The position numbers were made by a program, and so were the translations under genes. The notes beneath the pieces were generated by a model. The model saw only the letters and a list, made by a program, of their open reading frames with translations. It did no database searches and was not told the origin of the DNA. Source: an uncultured Planctomycetia bacterium (GTDB lineage: Bacteria > Omnitrophota > Gorgyraeia > JABMRN01 > RBG-13-46-9). Taken from it: DNA of 64,000 nucleotides. Shown here in pieces: positions 24,695 to 33,254 of this stretch. The stretch lies in NCBI GenBank assembly GCA_964649665.1, contig CAZYPU010000002.1:5855-69854 (forward strand), given 5' to 3'. The stretch's first letter is position 1, and each line of letters opens with the position of its first letter.

Positions 24695-25986
24695 TACAGG
24701 ACTTTTTCGCTAATTTTTTTGAATACCTGCAGTTCTGCGCGGAGGACGTCCTCAGCCGTTCGCCGATCGCGATATTTTTTCTTTTTGCCCCCGCCCTTTT
24801 ATTCGATACGGCGCGCTATTATGTCACCAACACGATCATCTTCGCCTTAAGCCTCTTTGAAAAAGAATCTTCCGGAGAAGAAGCCGTGCCGTACCTCCCC
24901 TCGGTCAGCGTAATAATTCCCGCGCGCAACGAAGGCGAGAGGCTAAGGTTTACTCTTGATACAATACTGGAAAATAGCTACCCGAATTTCAAGGTTATCG
25001 TATCGGACGATTCTTCGGAGGACGATACGCTCCAGCTCTGCAAGCCTTATGTGGATAAGGGGCTGATTACGTATGTGCGAACAAGCGTGCGCAGCGGAAA
25101 ACCCGCGGCGCTCAACTACGCTTTCAAGTTTTCCAAGGGAGAGATTATTATTTACTTTGACGGGGATATCGCCGTAGATAGGGATGCCATAGCGGAAGCG
25201 GTAAAACCTTTTAAGGACCCCAGGGTAGGGGCAGTAAGTGGTAATGTAAAGGCGCGCAATGATAGAAAGACCCTTGCTACAAGATTGCAGGCGGCGGAAT
25301 ACGGCATGACAATAGCGGTCGGCAGGCGCTGGCTTGCGCTCGTGGACAGGCTGCAGATAGCGTCCGGCGCATTCGGTTGTTTCAGGAGAGAGATCCTGAT
25401 CGACATTAAGGGGGCGGACCCCGAGTACGGAGAGGATTTGGATCTGACGCTAAAGGCGAGAAAGCTGGGATTTAAGGTTGCTTTTGCGCCGAAGGCGATC
25501 GCAATGACGGATGTTCCGGAGGCCTGGGCGAGGCTGTTCAGTCAGCGTGTAAGATGGGACCGCTGCTACATAAGATTGAACTTGCGAAAACACCGCGATA
25601 TGTTCGATTTTCACGTATTTAAGTGGCAGGATTTCATTGCGGGACTTGAGGATATACTGTTTAACCTGGTTCTTCTTCTCGTCTTTCCGGTATACGTAGT
25701 GTTCATACTTGTCTTCGTCCCGCAGCTTTTTCTTTTCATCCTGACGGTGACTTACCTCTTTTATACCGTTATGAATGCCGGACAATTCGCTATCGTGGCG
25801 CTTCTTTCGGAAAGACCGGGGCGTGACGCAATCTTCATTTTATATGCGCCTTTATTTTTTATGTACAGCCTTTTTTTAAAGGCGGCGCGGATACTGGCCT
25901 ACTTCCTTGAATTTATCAGGTCCGATTTTATGAAAGACGGTTTTTTCCCAAAAAAAATCTGGAGGAACATGCAGGAGTACAGATGA
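24691..25986 (+). CDS. membrane-embedded processive family-2 glycosyltransferase (PgaC/NodC/BcsA-like synthase core)
   Basis: VSVIIPARNE, SDDSSEDD, DGD, GAFGCFRRE, GEDLDLT and QRVRWDR (QxxRW) motifs. TM segments at both ends. ATGA overlap with the upstream gene. Confidence 0.8.
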   Translation: MIQDFFANFFEYLQFCAEDVLSRSPIAIFFLFAPALLFDTARYYVTNTIIFALSLFEKESSGEEAVPYLPSVSVIIPARNEGERLRFTLDTILENSYPNFKVIVSDDSSEDDTLQLCKPYVDKGLITYVRTSVRSGKPAALNYAFKFSKGEIIIYFDGDIAVDRDAIAEAVKPFKDPRVGAVSGNVKARNDRKTLATRLQAAEYGMTIAVGRRWLALVDRLQIASGAFGCFRREILIDIKGADPEYGEDLDLTLKARKLGFKVAFAPKAIAMTDVPEAWARLFSQRVRWDRCYIRLNLRKHRDMFDFHVFKWQDFIAGLEDILFNLVLLLVFPVYVVFILVFVPQLFLFILTVTYLFYTVMNAGQFAIVALLSERPGRDAIFILYAPLFFMYSLFLKAARILAYFLEFIRSDFMKDGFFPKKIWRNMQEYR

Positions 25987-27281
25987 AAATATTCGCCGGA
26001 ATTATAATTCTCCTTTTATGCTGCGCGCCGAATTTATTCTCTGAAGAAATTCCACTCGGGTTGACCCTTGACGATTGCGTAGAAACTGCCGTCGCGAACA
26101 ACCAGAATCTCTTAATGGCCCGCGAAGAAATAAAAAAGTCCGAAGGCTATCTTTTGGAGCAGTTCGCCGAGTTCCTGCCCGAAGTATACCTCAATTATCG
26201 TTATGTCACCACGAGCAGTCCGGAGGTCCGGCGCATCGCAAACGATGTTTTTTTATATGCGGAAAGCACCGCGGGCCTTCATCTGGAAGAAGATATCTTC
26301 AAGGGGGGAGAGAGAATTTATAGATACAGAAGCGCCTCACTCGCCGTCAGTAAGGCAAGGGAGTCTTACATGGAGATACATGATAAACTCGTTCTCGATA
26401 TAAAAACGGCTTATTACGATCTGCTGCTCGCGGAAAACCTTATCTCGCTTTACAGCGAGTCCAAAAGAAGGATGGAGGCCTACGCTTCAAAACTTACGAG
26501 AAAAAGCAAGCTGGGGGATGTTACGAAATACGCCGTTTTAAGGGCAAAAATCGAGATAGAGATCGTGAACTCGGACCTTATCGACGTAGAGAAGAAAAGG
26601 ATACTCTATAAGGCAAAGATACAGAAACTGCTTATGCTGGACAAGGTCCGGGATATTTCCCCGCTGGACGCCCTAACGTACCCCGAAATAGAAACTCGCG
26701 AGGAGGGGTATTCACTGGAAAGCCTGCTCCCGGCGGCAGAGAACAAAAACCGACGAATAAAAGCCGCCAAGCTGGCGAAGAAAATAGGAAAAGCCGAAAT
26801 TGACGCCGCGATCGCAAAGACGGGCCTAAGAGCCAGCTTGAGAAGCGCCTGGTACAAGAGTTCCGATAAATTCGACCTTAGTTCGCATTATTTTTACGAC
26901 TGGTCGTTCATGATAAACATTACGGTGCCGCTTTTCGACGGCTTCAAAACCCCTTCCCTCATCAATCAGTCGAGGTCCGAATATTCAAAGCTCGCCGCCG
27001 CCGAAAGTGCCGCGAGAAAAGATGTTTTCTGGGAGCTCGAAGACGCCTCGAGCGAACTTAAGAAAACAAGGCCGCTTCTTGAGAACCAGAAGTCGCTCGC
27101 CGGTTATGCTAAGGAGGGCGTGAACATGGTGCTGGTGCTTTATGACAGGGGTGAAGGCAGCGAATGGGATGTCATAGACGCGCACAGAAATTATATAAGG
27201 GCGGAATCGAATCTCGCGAGGTTTGTAAGGGATTATAATGTTCTGGCGGCGAAAATAAATTATCTGATTTCGGAAAATTAA
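25983..27281 (+). CDS. TolC-family outer membrane efflux protein
   Basis: Signal peptide and two-repeat OEP architecture (LTLDDCVETAVANNQNLL..., ...YNVLAAKINYL). ATGA overlap with the GT2 gene. Confidence 0.8.
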   Translation: MKIFAGIIILLLCCAPNLFSEEIPLGLTLDDCVETAVANNQNLLMAREEIKKSEGYLLEQFAEFLPEVYLNYRYVTTSSPEVRRIANDVFLYAESTAGLHLEEDIFKGGERIYRYRSASLAVSKARESYMEIHDKLVLDIKTAYYDLLLAENLISLYSESKRRMEAYASKLTRKSKLGDVTKYAVLRAKIEIEIVNSDLIDVEKKRILYKAKIQKLLMLDKVRDISPLDALTYPEIETREEGYSLESLLPAAENKNRRIKAAKLAKKIGKAEIDAAIAKTGLRASLRSAWYKSSDKFDLSSHYFYDWSFMINITVPLFDGFKTPSLINQSRSEYSKLAAAESAARKDVFWELEDASSELKKTRPLLENQKSLAGYAKEGVNMVLVLYDRGEGSEWDVIDAHRNYIRAESNLARFVRDYNVLAAKINYLISEN

Positions 27282-27296
27282 ACAAGAGGTGAAATT

Positions 27297-27692
27297 ATGG
27301 AAAAGGCAAAAGTTTTGCTGGTCGACGACGAAATGGATCTCATTATGATCATGGGGAAAAGGATAAAGAAATGGGGTTACGATTTGATGGAGGCTGCAGG
27401 CGGCAAAGAAGCCCTTACCGCCGTAAAGTCCGGAGGCCCTGATATCGTGATTCTGGATTACATGATGCCCGATATGGACGGTATCAGCACTCTAAAGGAA
27501 ATACGTAAAGTAAATGCGGACATACCGGTTATCATGTTTACCGCATTTCCGGACAAAAAATCCATCGAAGGCACAGAAGCGCTCGGCGTAAGCGCGTATA
27601 TTCCGAAACTTAGCATGTTTCCCACCGGCGAATCCGCGCTGAAGGCAGCCCTTAATATGGCGGAGAAAAAATTAAGGAAGAAAGGTGACTGA
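27297..27692 (+). CDS. stand-alone response regulator receiver (REC)
   Basis: VLLVDDEMD...VILDYMMPDMDG...IPK receiver motifs. 15 nt after the TolC gene. Confidence 0.85.
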   Translation: MEKAKVLLVDDEMDLIMIMGKRIKKWGYDLMEAAGGKEALTAVKSGGPDIVILDYMMPDMDGISTLKEIRKVNADIPVIMFTAFPDKKSIEGTEALGVSAYIPKLSMFPTGESALKAALNMAEKKLRKKGD

Positions 27693-29229
27693 ACAGCGGG
27701 AAACCTGGAAATCGCACTGGGGCATGATAGCGGCTATGATAGGGACCGCTATCGGCCTCGGTAATATCTGGAGATTTCCTTACCTTTGCGGCAAGTACGG
27801 CGGAGCGACCTTCCTTATTCCTTACGTAATCCTTCTATTCGGAATAGCGATTTTCGCGATGATGTGCGAGTGGGCCCTCGGCCGCCACACCAAGCGCGAG
27901 GCCCTCGGCGCTTTTGACAAGATAAAATTTCCGTTCGGAAGGGACATCGGCGCCTGGGGCATAATCGGGCCGTTCTTCCTGTATTCCTATTATATAGTCA
28001 TAACAAGTTGGGTTATATTTTTCATATTCGCCTCCCTTGAAGGGCTTTATTTCGGTAAAAACACCGAAACCTTTTTCGCCTCTTTTCTTGGAAGTAAATG
28101 GATATTTGCCGTGCATTTCGCTTCCGTCTGCATTACAAGCTGGATCCTTGCCATGGGCGTGCAAAAGGGCATAGAGAGGGCGTGCAAAATTATGATACCC
28201 GCGCTTTTTGTGCTCCTTATAATTGTGGCGGCAAGAAGCGTGACGCTTCCGGGCGCGGCAGAGGGCGTGGAATTTTACATGAGGCCGAGGTGGGATGGGC
28301 TGCTTAACATTGAGACATGGGTTGCGGCGCTGGGCCAGGTATTTTTTACGCTTAGCCTCGGCATGGGCGCGATGCTTATTTACGGCTCCTATCTTAAAGA
28401 CGAATGGGGCATACCGGCGAACGCCATGAGCGTGGCGCTGGGGAATACCTCGGCGAGCATCCTCGCGGGGTTTGCTATTTTCCCCGCGGCCTTCGCGCTC
28501 GGATTCGGAAAGACCATAGGCGGGGCAGAGTCCATAGGCCTTACTTTTTTCGTCCTGCCGAAGGTATTTGAGATGATGCCCGGAGGCCACTTCTTCGGGG
28601 GGCTATTTTTTATCCTGCTTGCCTTCGGCGCCATATCGAGCGCCATAAGTATCCAGGAGCCGGCCATAGCGTGGCTGAAAGACGAGGCCGGATGGTCAAG
28701 AAAGAGATCGGCATTTTTTACCGGCGTTATATTGTGGATAATGGGGTTTCCTTTTATTCTTAACGGCTTTATTAAAGGCACCCTCGGCGCGAAACTGGCG
28801 CTGCTTTCGAAAATGGATATTATCATAGGGCAGCTCGCCATACCTGTATTCGGTATTCTTGCGATAATCGCCGTCGGGTACTTCATGAAAGACCGCGGCT
28901 TTGACGAAATGAATAAAAACGCGAGAGTCAAACTCAGCCATACCTGGCTTAAGCCCTGGATCAGGGCAGTCGTGCCGATTTTCATCGGGCTTTTATTCAT
29001 ATTGACGCTTCTTAAAATTTTGCAGGAGAAAGGCGTCATACCGCCTGTAATTCCTTCGAAAGCGGCGCTTGAGTTTACCCCGATAGGCATAACGCCCGTT
29101 ACGATCGTCATGATCGTATTCATATGCGTTCTCTTCTGGGGCGGTTTTCTGTACACGACGGTGAAGGTGCTGACGGTAGAGAAAGACAAGAAACGGAGAG
29201 TAAAACGTGGACTTCACCATTCTCGCTGA
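27685..29229 (+). CDS. sodium:neurotransmitter symporter (NSS/SNF) family transporter
   Basis: GLGNIWRFPYLCGKYGGATFLIPY signature and about 11-12 TM segments. The GTG start overlaps the REC stop. Confidence 0.85.
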   Translation: MTEQRETWKSHWGMIAAMIGTAIGLGNIWRFPYLCGKYGGATFLIPYVILLFGIAIFAMMCEWALGRHTKREALGAFDKIKFPFGRDIGAWGIIGPFFLYSYYIVITSWVIFFIFASLEGLYFGKNTETFFASFLGSKWIFAVHFASVCITSWILAMGVQKGIERACKIMIPALFVLLIIVAARSVTLPGAAEGVEFYMRPRWDGLLNIETWVAALGQVFFTLSLGMGAMLIYGSYLKDEWGIPANAMSVALGNTSASILAGFAIFPAAFALGFGKTIGGAESIGLTFFVLPKVFEMMPGGHFFGGLFFILLAFGAISSAISIQEPAIAWLKDEAGWSRKRSAFFTGVILWIMGFPFILNGFIKGTLGAKLALLSKMDIIIGQLAIPVFGILAIIAVGYFMKDRGFDEMNKNARVKLSHTWLKPWIRAVVPIFIGLLFILTLLKILQEKGVIPPVIPSKAALEFTPIGITPVTIVMIVFICVLFWGGFLYTTVKVLTVEKDKKRRVKRGLHHSR

Positions 29230-29332
29230 TGCGCGCTTCGGCTGGACCTTCGTTATATCCGAAATTATCCTTCTATACCTCCTCTTCCTCCTTATCCACC
29301 GCCTCGTCGAGCGGAAGCTTAAAGGCAAGTAA
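29207..29332 (+). CDS. possible 41-aa single-TM small subunit of the NSS transporter
   Basis: GTG-start ORF VDFTILADARFGWTFVISEIILLYLLFLLIHRLVERKLKGK overlaps the transporter's 3' end. Too short for the ORF track. Resembles small NSS partner proteins (MetS-like) by position and size only. Confidence 0.35.
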   Translation: MDFTILADARFGWTFVISEIILLYLLFLLIHRLVERKLKGK

Positions 29333-29349
29333 CCGGAAAATTTAGCAAT

Positions 29350-29607
29350 ATAGGCCTCCGGGGGATGCCTGCGGCGGCTCACACAAAAAATTGTGTAAAG
29401 CTCTCTCCGTAGAATTTCTGCGCTGTGCTCGTTGGATTTAAGGAAATACAAAAGAAATAGCCGATGGTTTTCTTGTCCGCCGAAGCCTTGGCGTAGGCGG
29501 AAACCATCGGCTATTTCTTCGAACTAGACCTGTATACCAACTGCGCAAGCGCGAAATTCTATTGTCGAGAGCATTCGCCGCCTGGCAGGCATCCCCCGGA
29601 GGCCTAT
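29350..29607 (+). repeat. family-1a nested-hairpin repeat, copy C
   Basis: Outer arms ATAGGCCTCCGGGGGATGCCTGCGGCGGC / GCCGCCTGGCAGGCATCCCCCGGAGGCCTAT. Shares GGCTCACACAAAAAATTGTGTAAAGCT, GAATTTCTGC, GCGAAATTCTA and GAGCATTCGCCGC with copy A. Confidence 0.75.
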
Positions 29608-29682
29608 TCTTACTGTACATTTGAAAGCTAATCCGACAGATCTAACCAGGTTAGAATGCCGTCTATATCGACACCTACGGAC

Positions 29683-29951
29683 GGGAGAGAGTCTGTGTGA
29701 AGAGCCTTAAAAATTAAGGCGTAGTTTTATGCTTTTTGAGGTTTCCTTTTGTCACATGTTATGAGACAAAAAGGATTGCAGTTGTCTGAGGCCCACACCG
29801 AGCGTATCACCAGCAAGGCGTGTGTGGGCCGAGTTCTGCAATCCCCTCAAAAAGCTTAAAACTACACCGACCCCCACACCAATTACTATTGGTGTGGGGG
29901 ATAATTTTTCTTATCAGCTTTAGCAGAAGGCTCTCACACAGGCTCTCTCCC
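29683..29951. repeat. large multi-branch inverted-repeat element (copy F)
   Basis: GGGAGAGAGTCTGTGTGAAGAGCC / GGCTCTCACACAGGCTCTCTCCC closes at least four internal hairpins (for example GGCGTAGTTTTATGCTTTTTGAGG / CCTCAAAAAGCTTAAAACTACACC; CCCCCACACCAAT-tact-ATTGGTGTGGGGG). Confidence 0.65.
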
Positions 29952-30008
29952 GGCCGGAGGTAAGTGTGTGAGCCGCTTGGAAAGCATACCCGGAGGTTTA
30001 TTTTATGC

Positions 30009-30037
30009 TTGACAATACGGCGGGAATGTGGTAAATT
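30009..30037 (+). promoter_or_regulatory. sigma70-like promoter for rplM-rpsI (TTGACA-17-TAAATT)
   Basis: Consensus -35 with 17-nt spacing, 25 nt upstream of the ATG at 30062. Confidence 0.45.
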
Positions 30038-30061
30038 TAGCGTTCTTATGCGGAGCTTATT

Positions 30062-30490
30062 ATGAAGACAGTGTATGTAAGGCAGGAGGACGTAAAGAGG
30101 GAGTGGCACCTGGTGGACGCCAGCGAAAAGGTGCTGGGCAGGCTTGCTACGGGGATAGCGTCCCTTCTTAAGGGCAAGGGCAAGGTCGCTTATTCTCACC
30201 ACGTGGACATGGGCGATGGCGTAGTTGTCATAAATGGCGGTAAAATAAGGGTTACCGGCAAAAAGCCCCAGCAGAAGGTATACAAGAGGTTCTCCGGTTA
30301 CCCGGGCGGCTTGAAACTCGAGACATACGAATCCTTATTTAAAAGAAGGCCGAATGAGGTGTTGAGGCACGCCGTAAAGGGCATGCTTCCGAAGAACAAG
30401 CTCGGCAGAAGAATGATAAAGAGATTAAAGATTTACGCAGACGACAAGCACGACCAGGCGGCGCAAAAGCCGAAAAAAATTAAGCTGTAA
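30062..30490 (+). CDS. rplM: 50S ribosomal protein L13
   Basis: REWHLVDA...GRLAT..., KGMLPKNKLGR motifs. Confidence 0.95.
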   Translation: MKTVYVRQEDVKREWHLVDASEKVLGRLATGIASLLKGKGKVAYSHHVDMGDGVVVINGGKIRVTGKKPQQKVYKRFSGYPGGLKLETYESLFKRRPNEVLRHAVKGMLPKNKLGRRMIKRLKIYADDKHDQAAQKPKKIKL

Positions 30491-30499
30491 GAAAGAATC

Positions 30500-30904
30500 A
30501 TGACAGAACAAGCGAAAACAATGCAAATAATGGCGACGGGGCGGCGGAAAGAATCCACGGCACGGGTTTATTTACGCGAGGGGAAAGGCAAACTCCGCGT
30601 GAATAAACGCGAATTCCGCGATTATTTTCCGCGGGAGTCACACAGGCTGATCATAAACCAGCCGATTAACGTAGCCGATCTCCAGAATAAACTGGACATT
30701 TTTGCCACGATAAAAGGCGGCGGCGTAAGCGGTCAGGCGCAGGCCCTAAGGCACGGAATTTCGAGGGCGATCATAAAGCTTGACGAAACGAAGCGGCAGG
30801 TTATGAAAAAAGCCGGATTCCTCACGAGGGACCCCAGGGCCAAGGAGAGAAAGAAATACGGCAGAAAACGCGCGAGAAAAAAGTTCCAGTATTCCAAACG
30901 CTAA
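30500..30904 (+). CDS. rpsI: 30S ribosomal protein S9
   Basis: ATGRRKESTARV, GGGVSGQAQALRHGISRA and C-terminal ...FQYSKR. Confidence 0.95.
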   Translation: MTEQAKTMQIMATGRRKESTARVYLREGKGKLRVNKREFRDYFPRESHRLIINQPINVADLQNKLDIFATIKGGGVSGQAQALRHGISRAIIKLDETKRQVMKKAGFLTRDPRAKERKKYGRKRARKKFQYSKR

Positions 30905-30912
30905 TTTTTTAG

Positions 30913-30970
30913 AAAGCCCACTCTGTTAAGTTCCCGACGAGGAAATGTGTTGACAGTGTGGGCTTTTTTT
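30913..30970 (+). terminator. rho-independent terminator after rpsI
   Basis: AAAGCCCAC...GTGGGCTTTTTTT. The stem has a long internal loop and is followed by a 7-T run. Confidence 0.6.
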
Positions 30971-30978
30971 ATTATAAT
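30950..30978 (+). promoter_or_regulatory. consensus sigma70 promoter for the arg operon (TTGACA-17-TATAAT), overlapping the rpsI terminator
   Basis: Both hexamers match the consensus exactly. The spacer is the 3' half of the terminator. Confidence 0.55.
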
Positions 30979-31049
30979 GAGGCTAGATTTACGCCGACGG
31001 AAACGTCGACGGAAATTAGAAGGCCGGATGATAATTTAAGGAGGTAGAT

Positions 31050-32060
31050 GTGCTAAGGGTAGGTGTAATAGGCGCAACCGGATATACGGGCGAGGAAATC
31101 ATAAAGATTCTTGCCCGGCATAAGGATGTCAAGATAACGGTTCTTCAGGCGGTCGTGGAAAGCGAGGCCCCGATATCGAAAATATTCCCTCAGCTTGCGG
31201 GAAAAATCGACTTAGTCTGCAAAAAGCCCGACGTGAAAAAAGCAAAAGATTCGGCGGACCTGTTTTTTCTCGCTCTGCCGCACACGGTTTCGATGTCAGT
31301 CGCGCCGGAATTTCTTAAAGAGGGAAAAAAGGTCATAGACCTTAGCGCGGACTACAGGCTGGACGTCAACGAATACGAGAAATGGTACGGGGTGAAGCAT
31401 AAAGACGCCCTGAATATCAAAAAGGCCGTGTACGGGCTGCCGGAACTTTTCAGGGACAAAATAAAGAAGGCGAAGCTCGTAGCGAATCCCGGCTGCTACC
31501 CGACGGGCGCCTCGCTCGGCGCCCTGCCGCTCGTTAAAGCCGGCCTTATAGATCTAAGCACTATAATAGTCGACGCGAAAAGCGGCGCGACCGGAGCCGG
31601 CAGAAAAGCGCACATTTCCCTTTCGTTTTCGGAAGTTAACGAAAATGTGAAAGCTTATAAGATTAATGAGCACCAGCACAAACCCGAGATTGCCATGGTA
31701 ATAGGCGGCGTAGCCAAAGAAGCGGTGAATATTGTATTTGTGCCGCATCTCATTCCCGTAAACAGGGGAATACTTTCAACGGTCTATATGGACCTTGACA
31801 GGGACGTCGGCGCCCTTAAGATAAACCAAATTTATGAAGATTTTTACAGGAAAGAACCGTTCGTGAGGGTTATGGAAGAAGGCGAACTTCCGGCGCTCAG
31901 GGATGTACAGCATACGAATTTCTGCAACATAGGGATTAAGGTAACGGGAAAAAAAGTAATCGCCGTAAGCTGTATCGATAATCTTCTGAAGGGGGCGGCG
32001 GGGCAGGCTGTCCAGAATATGAACATAATGTGCGGATTCACAGAAGGCGAAGGATTATGA
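31050..32060 (+). CDS. argC: N-acetyl-gamma-glutamyl-phosphate reductase
   Basis: GATGYTGEE and active-site NPGCYPT. GTG start 5 nt after AAGGAGG. Confidence 0.9.
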   Translation: MLRVGVIGATGYTGEEIIKILARHKDVKITVLQAVVESEAPISKIFPQLAGKIDLVCKKPDVKKAKDSADLFFLALPHTVSMSVAPEFLKEGKKVIDLSADYRLDVNEYEKWYGVKHKDALNIKKAVYGLPELFRDKIKKAKLVANPGCYPTGASLGALPLVKAGLIDLSTIIVDAKSGATGAGRKAHISLSFSEVNENVKAYKINEHQHKPEIAMVIGGVAKEAVNIVFVPHLIPVNRGILSTVYMDLDRDVGALKINQIYEDFYRKEPFVRVMEEGELPALRDVQHTNFCNIGIKVTGKKVIAVSCIDNLLKGAAGQAVQNMNIMCGFTEGEGL

Positions 32061-33247
32061 GATACGCATTGCCCAAGGGCTTCCTGGCAAGCGGAACGCA
32101 TTGCGGCATAAAAAGGTTTAAAAAGGATCTCGCCCTGATTTATTCAAAGACGGGGTGTAAGGCGGTCGGCGTATTTACGAAAAACAGGGTAAAGGCCGCG
32201 CCCCTTGCGGTTTCAAAGATGATTTTAAAAAAGGGCGCGCCGATAAGAGCCGTTGTAGTAAACAGTGGCAACGCCAACTGCTGCACGGGCTGGTACGGCG
32301 TAAGGGACGCGAAGAGAATGATTAACGCCGCCTGTCAGAACCTAAGATTGAAATTTAACAGCGTCCTGGTATCGTCCACGGGGATTATCGGCAAGAGGCT
32401 GCCCATAGACATAATAGAAGAGGCCATGCCGAAGCTTGCAGGGAGGCTTTCTCACAAAGGGCTTGTCACAGCGGCGAGCGCCATAATGACCACTGATAAA
32501 AAACTGAAACTTTGTGTAGAGAAAATTAAAATCGGAAGAAAACAGGTCATTGTAAGCGGTTTTGCCAAGGGCGCGGGCATGATACACCCCAATATGGCGA
32601 CGATGCTTTGTTTTGTGATGACTGACGCCAGGATAGACAAGAGCGCTTTAAAGTCCGCCCTGAAGAAAGCGTGCGACGGATCCTTTAACGCCATAACGAT
32701 CGAGGGCGACATGAGCACAAATGACATGGTGCTTCTTCTTGCCGGCGGCCTGGCGGGCAATAAAACGATAAAGAAAGGAACCAGGGAGTATGACACGTTT
32801 TCAAAAGCGCTCGAAAACGTGACTTTAAAACTCGCGAAAGATATAATTCAGGACGGAGAGGGCGCCACTAAGTTTGTAACGGTTTATGTCGAAAGCGCGA
32901 AGACTTCCGGCGACGCCGAAAAGGCCGCAAGGGCAATCGCCAATTCATGCCTTGTAAAGACGAGCATACACGGCGAGAACCCGAACTGGGGCAGGGTCGC
33001 CTCCGCGGTAGGCGCAAGCGGCGTAAAAGGCATAAGACAGAACAGGTTCGAAATATATCTGGACGGGATACTCGTTTTTAAGGGCGGTAAATTTACCACG
33101 CCCGCGAAGACGAAACTTTCAAAGATATACAAGAGAAAAAACGTTGAGATAGCGGTGAATCTTAATATGGGCAAAAGCTCCGCGGTAATCTGGACGTGCG
33201 ATTTGTCTAAGCGCTACGTCGAGATCAACTCACATTACATGACATGA
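32057..33247 (+). CDS. argJ: bifunctional ornithine acetyltransferase / N-acetylglutamate synthase
   Basis: Self-cleavage site HPNMATMLCFVMTDA. ATG at 32057 forms an ATGA overlap with the argC stop (the track start at 32030 is upstream and in frame). Confidence 0.9.
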   Translation: MRYALPKGFLASGTHCGIKRFKKDLALIYSKTGCKAVGVFTKNRVKAAPLAVSKMILKKGAPIRAVVVNSGNANCCTGWYGVRDAKRMINAACQNLRLKFNSVLVSSTGIIGKRLPIDIIEEAMPKLAGRLSHKGLVTAASAIMTTDKKLKLCVEKIKIGRKQVIVSGFAKGAGMIHPNMATMLCFVMTDARIDKSALKSALKKACDGSFNAITIEGDMSTNDMVLLLAGGLAGNKTIKKGTREYDTFSKALENVTLKLAKDIIQDGEGATKFVTVYVESAKTSGDAEKAARAIANSCLVKTSIHGENPNWGRVASAVGASGVKGIRQNRFEIYLDGILVFKGGKFTTPAKTKLSKIYKRKNVEIAVNLNMGKSSAVIWTCDLSKRYVEINSHYMT

Positions 33248-33254
33248 GGCAGGT

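Noticed and set aside
27835-29189. Long antisense ORFs opposite well-supported genes. Examples: 27835-28590, 28389-29189, 15222-15887, 22759-23400, 23981-24583, 40209-40763, 45217-45849, 48059-48640, 55506-56195.
   Set aside because: Each lies fully inside a sense-strand gene with clear family motifs. Their translations are low-complexity, rich in Arg, Ser and Pro, and have no recognisable motifs. This is typical of shadow ORFs.
30987-31016. Interpreting the arg-leader palindrome as an ArgR ARG box.
   Set aside because: It is GC-rich (CGCCGACG/CGTCGACG core) and does not resemble the AT-rich TNTGAATWWWWATTCANW consensus. I keep it only as an unassigned palindrome.
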